DNA of 64,000 nucleotides from Trichodelitschia bisporula (Eukaryota): NCBI GenBank assembly GCA_010356995.1, contig ML996702.1, positions 62,001 to 126,000 of the forward strand, read 5' to 3'. Shown piece by piece: positions 59,030 to 64,000 of this stretch (position 1 is its first letter; each line of letters starts with the position of its first letter). The notes under the pieces were generated by a model. It saw only the letters and a program-made list of their open reading frames with translations, ran no database searches and was not told where the DNA came from. The position numbers and the translations under genes were made by a program.

Positions 59030-59083
59030 GACTGAGTGTCGAAGCTTCGGGTGAGGTATGTAGTATCGACGATGCCGGAAAGA

Positions 59084-59270
59084 CGAGCAATCAAAAATGT
59101 GTGCGATGGGTCGTCGTACAATATAGCCTTGCCTGGGTGCCGCTAGTGTCGTGCGGACCAATCAGGGCCGTGCACGCGAGTGAGGGTGTTTGAGCACGTA
59201 TTGCGCCGCGCCAAGGGAGGGGCGCAAGGCTGGGTGTGGGGTAGGTGGGATGGGGGGGATTTGTGCTCAA
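59084..59270. promoter_or_regulatory. Putative Mac1/Cuf1 copper-response elements upstream of the Ctr gene
   Basis: TGTGCTCA at 59262-59269, inverted CGTGCTCA at 59191-59198 and inverted TTGCTCG at 59084-59090, all within 250 bp of the Ctr ATG. Confidence 0.65.
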
Positions 59271-61016
59271 TATGCCGCAGAGGGGTGCATGAATGGCCAT
59301 GGGAGAAGGGGGGCCGGATGGAAGATTTGGTGGGGTGATGCCTCTCGCGATGGCTTGCTGTCTGCCTTCTTTTCTTGGTGTCACTTGCTTTGAGGGGCCT
59401 GGTTCACTTCTTTTAGTTCCAGATGCTGTTCAGCGGCTGTGGTCGGGACCGAGTTGGATCTCCAGCGCTGACTGCCGAAATGCACTCAGTATTGTCGAGG
59501 CGGTCCAAAGTCTGTCCGTCCACCAGTGGTGCCATGACACAGTTGTCGATACCGTGATCGCTCAACACTCGGCTAGCTGCTGGGAGAGAGAACCAGTACT
59601 TCCTTTGTCGGTGGCCGTCAAAACTTTACCGTAGCTGTCGTCGAGCCAGCCAAAAATCTCTCCGACCATCATCCTATATCAGCAAGTGGAAGGTGCGTTG
59701 CTCAATTCGAGCACGGGCTGCGGCGAATATGAATGAGCTGGTGCTCATCCAGCAGCGTCAGGAACTCCTGGACTTTATCGCGACGCTGGACTTGGATGAG
59801 ATTGGCGACACAATAATCGGCGGGAATGATTCTTTGAGAAAACAGAAGCAACAAGCATATACGTCACCATGGCTTTGGCCCGGCTGGTGAAGAAATCGAG
59901 GCCCGGCCTTACCGCAATTCGATGTCGAATCCACATATGCAGCGAGGCAGGCTGCAGGAGGCAATCAGAGCATCGTCCGTGGCTTGCAACGAAGTCGTTT
60001 GAGCAGAATAAACAGTACCCTTATGGCTACAAGCCAGAACTCCTAGGAAAGAGAAACATGTCGAGGTGAAGATAAAGCGGTGTTTGAAGATGCCAGCTGT
60101 TCGGCCGACGTCGCATCCAGAGGCAGCCCTGTCACGTGATAGCTAGCTTCGAGACAGCTTTAGAGCGATAGCAACGGAGCATTTTGAAAGCGAGTACCGG
60201 TAGATCTTGTCTGTATCAAAATAGCCATAACGAAGTTATCACGACTTTTTAGCCGAGCTTCAAGGCTAAGTTTTGACCTTTGCGGTTTCCAACGGCTATT
60301 GAACATCATCGGCATCGTGCGCAGCATCACTACCCACCCAGCTTGGATGTCAGTCTTGACGCTGTACTTCGGTTGCTGTGACACCCCAATTCCCGACATC
60401 ATTTCCTCAACTTAATGAATTCCTCATCATTGTCGAATTGAACTTCTTGCTTTACGCGGATCGTCTTGCCAGAGAATCCGTAGCATGCGTTCGCCGGGGA
60501 GGGTGATCTCCAGGCCGCGCTCAGCTGATAAGAACATGATCGTCTGTTACGTCACTCGAGTACCCTTACATACTTCGACTGTTGTAGGACCAAATGCATC
60601 ATGAAGTCTACCCTCACGCTGTCCAAGACAGAAAGAGCGATCGTTGCGATCAGGATGCAGGAGAAGTAACTACACTATGTATTCGACATCATATCCTTTG
60701 ATACTGATAACCATGGGTAGGTGGAGTGCATATCCTTCTTAACACGCCACATGCAGGCACTGCATCGCCGATCAATCCCCTTCCGCACCGATGCTACGAG
60801 AATATGCCACTTCGCGTCATGCGTGACGTCACGACGACACTGGAGCGACGTCACTATAACCGGGAGTTTAAATGGCGATGGAACGCTCGGATGAGAGAAG
60901 CAAAGTACACCGCTGCCCACCAGAAAATTAGAAGACTACACTTACTCGTACCAACTCAACCACAACCCAAAATCCTCCGTATCGCCACCCATCATACGCA
61001 ACCGAAGAACAACACA

Positions 61017-61721
61017 ATGGCCCCCATCGCCCCCTCTTCCGGCACCAAGGTACACCCCCCATCTCCCCTCCCCAGCTCCAACCTAACAGCCCAGGTGTCC
61101 TCCAACTCCCCCATCACCGAAAAGCCTGGCTTCATCGCCGCCGACAGCCTAGCCGCCGAATCCGTCCGCGACCACGGCGCCTTCAGCGCCAACCCCTCCA
61201 CCGGCATCTCCGGCCAATCCGCCAAGGGCATGACGGCCAACACCTCGGACACCAGCGCCGCGAGTGTCCGGCCCCCGGCCCCGAACGCCGAAGCGCGCAT
61301 GCAGCAGCACAAGGAGCGCAAGGAGCACGGTATGCACACGGAGTCTATGCGCGGCTCTGGACTGGACAGCTCACGCTGGGCAGATATGGCTGAGGAGGCT
61401 GCGGTTCGGGAGCAGGATCGTATTCCGGAGGGTGGGCCCGTGGGTGGGATGGGAGGGGAGGTGAAGGGGAATGCGAAGACAGCGCCGACGGGGATGTGGC
61501 GCAATGTTGATCCCGCTGTGCTCAAGGCCAAGGGGAAGAATTTGAAGGAGGGTGGGTTTGAGGGGGAGGGTGGGGTGGGTGAGATTGGGGGGGATATGGA
61601 TCCGAGTCGTAAGGCGGAGGAGAAGATGATTGGGAGGAATTATATGGGTGAGGGTGTGGGTGTTAAGGACACGGAAGTTGATAAGGGATTGTATGGTGCG
61701 CTGGGGGAGGAGAGGGCATAG
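61017..61721 (+). CDS. Hydrophilic Gly-rich protein of unknown function
   Basis: ATG at 61017; in-frame intron 61050-61094 (GTACAC..CTAAC..CAG); blocks ADSLAAES...AFSAN, KAKGKNLKEGGF and DPSRKAE recall conserved ascomycete hypothetical proteins. Confidence 0.75.
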   Translation: MAPIAPSSGTKVHPPSPLPSSNLTAQVSSNSPITEKPGFIAADSLAAESVRDHGAFSANPSTGISGQSAKGMTANTSDTSAASVRPPAPNAEARMQQHKERKEHGMHTESMRGSGLDSSRWADMAEEAAVREQDRIPEGGPVGGMGGEVKGNAKTAPTGMWRNVDPAVLKAKGKNLKEGGFEGEGGVGEIGGDMDPSRKAEEKMIGRNYMGEGVGVKDTEVDKGLYGALGEERA

Positions 61722-62356
61722 ACTTGGGGCATGCTGTGATGGTGGGATAATGGCGTTGGTATGTCGAAAATTGGATGTTGTTTGAAGCTATTTTGGTCAT
61801 GGTCGTGATGCATGCCCTACAGCCCTAGAGCAATGAACCAGCTGCGGGGTAGCTGCGGCACGGATCGCGTACGGCATGAAGTGATCGGCGCGCAGGGAAC
61901 GTCATAGCTTCCGATGTTAAAAACGGCCAGCTGCGGGGCACAACAGCTCATCCCCTACACTTACCGAATCTACTACCCAAACGAGAGAGATATTCCGCCC
62001 ACCGCCTCTCCGCATCGTGAAACTCAAATTCTAAAGCCCTTACGGCACCTTATCTACGCCGTGCGCGCTGCGTGTGAGCTTCCAGCCCTCTCCAATCGCG
62101 GCTTAACCCGCGTGGTGGTCCGACATCTGAAACGCGGGCCCGTCGCCAATCCAGCCTCTCCACCGCGGGGCGCGTCTTGACACGCTCGCGAGGCTGGCGT
62201 CCGCAGGCTCCTTGTGTCACGGGAAAAGCAACACCAAATAGAAGGGGCGGGGGTATAAACACGCTTGCGGTCCCGCTTTCGAGTCTAGTTGATAACGCTT
62301 TCATCTTCGTCTTCAACCTCAATCCAGGCCCCGAGTTCCACATCAATTCCACCGCG

Positions 62357-63113
62357 ATGGCGACTTCGACTTCATCTGCGCCCGCCGCGGAGCCTACTCG
62401 TACAACCTCTTCCGATCCTCCATCCGCAACGGATCCAAAATCCTCCACGCTTCCTCCATCCGACGAGCCTCCTTCAGCCGAAGCCCTCGCCGCCGCAGAT
62501 ACAATCCCCATCTTCAGCGCCCCAGGCACAAGCACACCCTTCCGCGACATATATGCAGCCGACGACATAGACCGGCACCTCGTAATTTTCGTCCGGCATT
62601 TTTTCTGCGGCGTTCGTCCCCCTCCCTCCCACCCCTCCAACCCCAAACCCACCCGCTAACCTCCTCCAGATCTGCCAAGACTTCCTCGCCTCCTTCTCGC
62701 ACACCATCCCCCCCTCCAGCCTCCCGCCTCGCACTCGGATAACAATAATCGGCCCCGGCAGTCCCACGCTCATCCCCAGCTACCTCTCCGCCACCAGCTC
62801 CCCCTACACCCTGCTCTCCGAACCCACCGGCCAACTCTACGACGTGCTGGGCTTCATCCGCACGCTGTCCCTCGGTGATAAGAAGCCAAGTTATGTAAAG
62901 AGGAGTATGTTGGTGGGGAGTCTGGCGAGTATAGCGCAGGCGTTTGGGACGGGGAGGGAGATGTTAAAGGGAGGCGAGTTCGATCGGAATGGCGGGGAGA
63001 TTTTGTGGGTTAGGAAGGAGGACGAGTGGAACGTGGAGTGGATACACAGGATGAGGAATACGAGGGGGCATGCGGAGATTGATACTCTCAAGCAGGTGTT
63101 AGGGGTGGCGTAG
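62357..63113 (+). CDS. AhpC/TSA_2 (peroxiredoxin-like 2 / AAED1-like) thioredoxin-fold protein
   Basis: LVIFVRHFFCG|ICQDFL (CxxC across intron 62612-62669), LYDVLGF, NGGEILW, IHRMRNTRGHAE. Confidence 0.88.
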
Positions 63114-63372
63114 GAGGCGTGACATGTGGAGGTTGAGCGTTGAGGCGGGTTCGCGGCGGCATAGGAGGTGGGCGGATGTATCGCACGTCGAATACGCGCT
63201 GGCATGTGGAGAGCGGTACTCTGAACAGTTCAAGGCGAGGCATAGGCAGGCACGGCGTTAGATTCCCCCAACCAACAGATACAGTATACAACTTTCCCTC
63301 CCAAACCCAGATCTACAACCTACTCCCCGTCCCTTTTACATCCACCACACACCTGTCCCATCAGCCCGCCTC

Positions 63373-64000
<628 letters not shown>

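Noticed and set aside
59690..60700. Short protein-like fragments on both strands upstream of the Ctr gene
   Set aside because: Possibly pseudogene debris, but no coherent gene model or family could be built.

Overview
Gene-dense window from a filamentous ascomycete (Pezizomycotina). Evidence: short introns with CTAAC/CTGAC branch points and recognisable fungal orthologues. About 27 protein-coding loci can be reconstructed, mostly housekeeping: group II G-alpha (partial), NmrA-like protein, MBP1, complex I subunit NDUFB7, OGFr-domain protein, FZO1, a RhoGAP, SNF4, PTC1, VPS2, a Gfo/Idh/MocA oxidoreductase, GT8 and GT15 glycosyltransferases, a mitochondrial carrier, YRB1, TAF14, FMP27/Hobbit, DUF427, a Ctr copper transporter, an AhpC-TSA_2 protein and SFA1 (partial). 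No tRNA, rRNA, CRISPR array or intact transposon was recognised. The most striking observation is a four-exon secreted protein (32736-34001), split across several ORF-track entries, whose spliced product has the HH...HxH...M copper-ligand pattern of PHM/dopamine-beta-monooxygenase-type enzymes. Other leads: a membrane protein resembling an autophagy receptor; a disordered protein with repeated PP2A-B56 docking motifs; a YgjR/IolU-like intronless dehydrogenase; a tandemly duplicated hairpin-rich non-coding element; an accessory patch (about 55.8-60.7 kb) with a degenerate nuclease-like ORF and tandem small secreted peptides; copper-response elements upstream of the Ctr gene; two GC-AG introns. 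All gene models and family calls were made by eye, without database searches.
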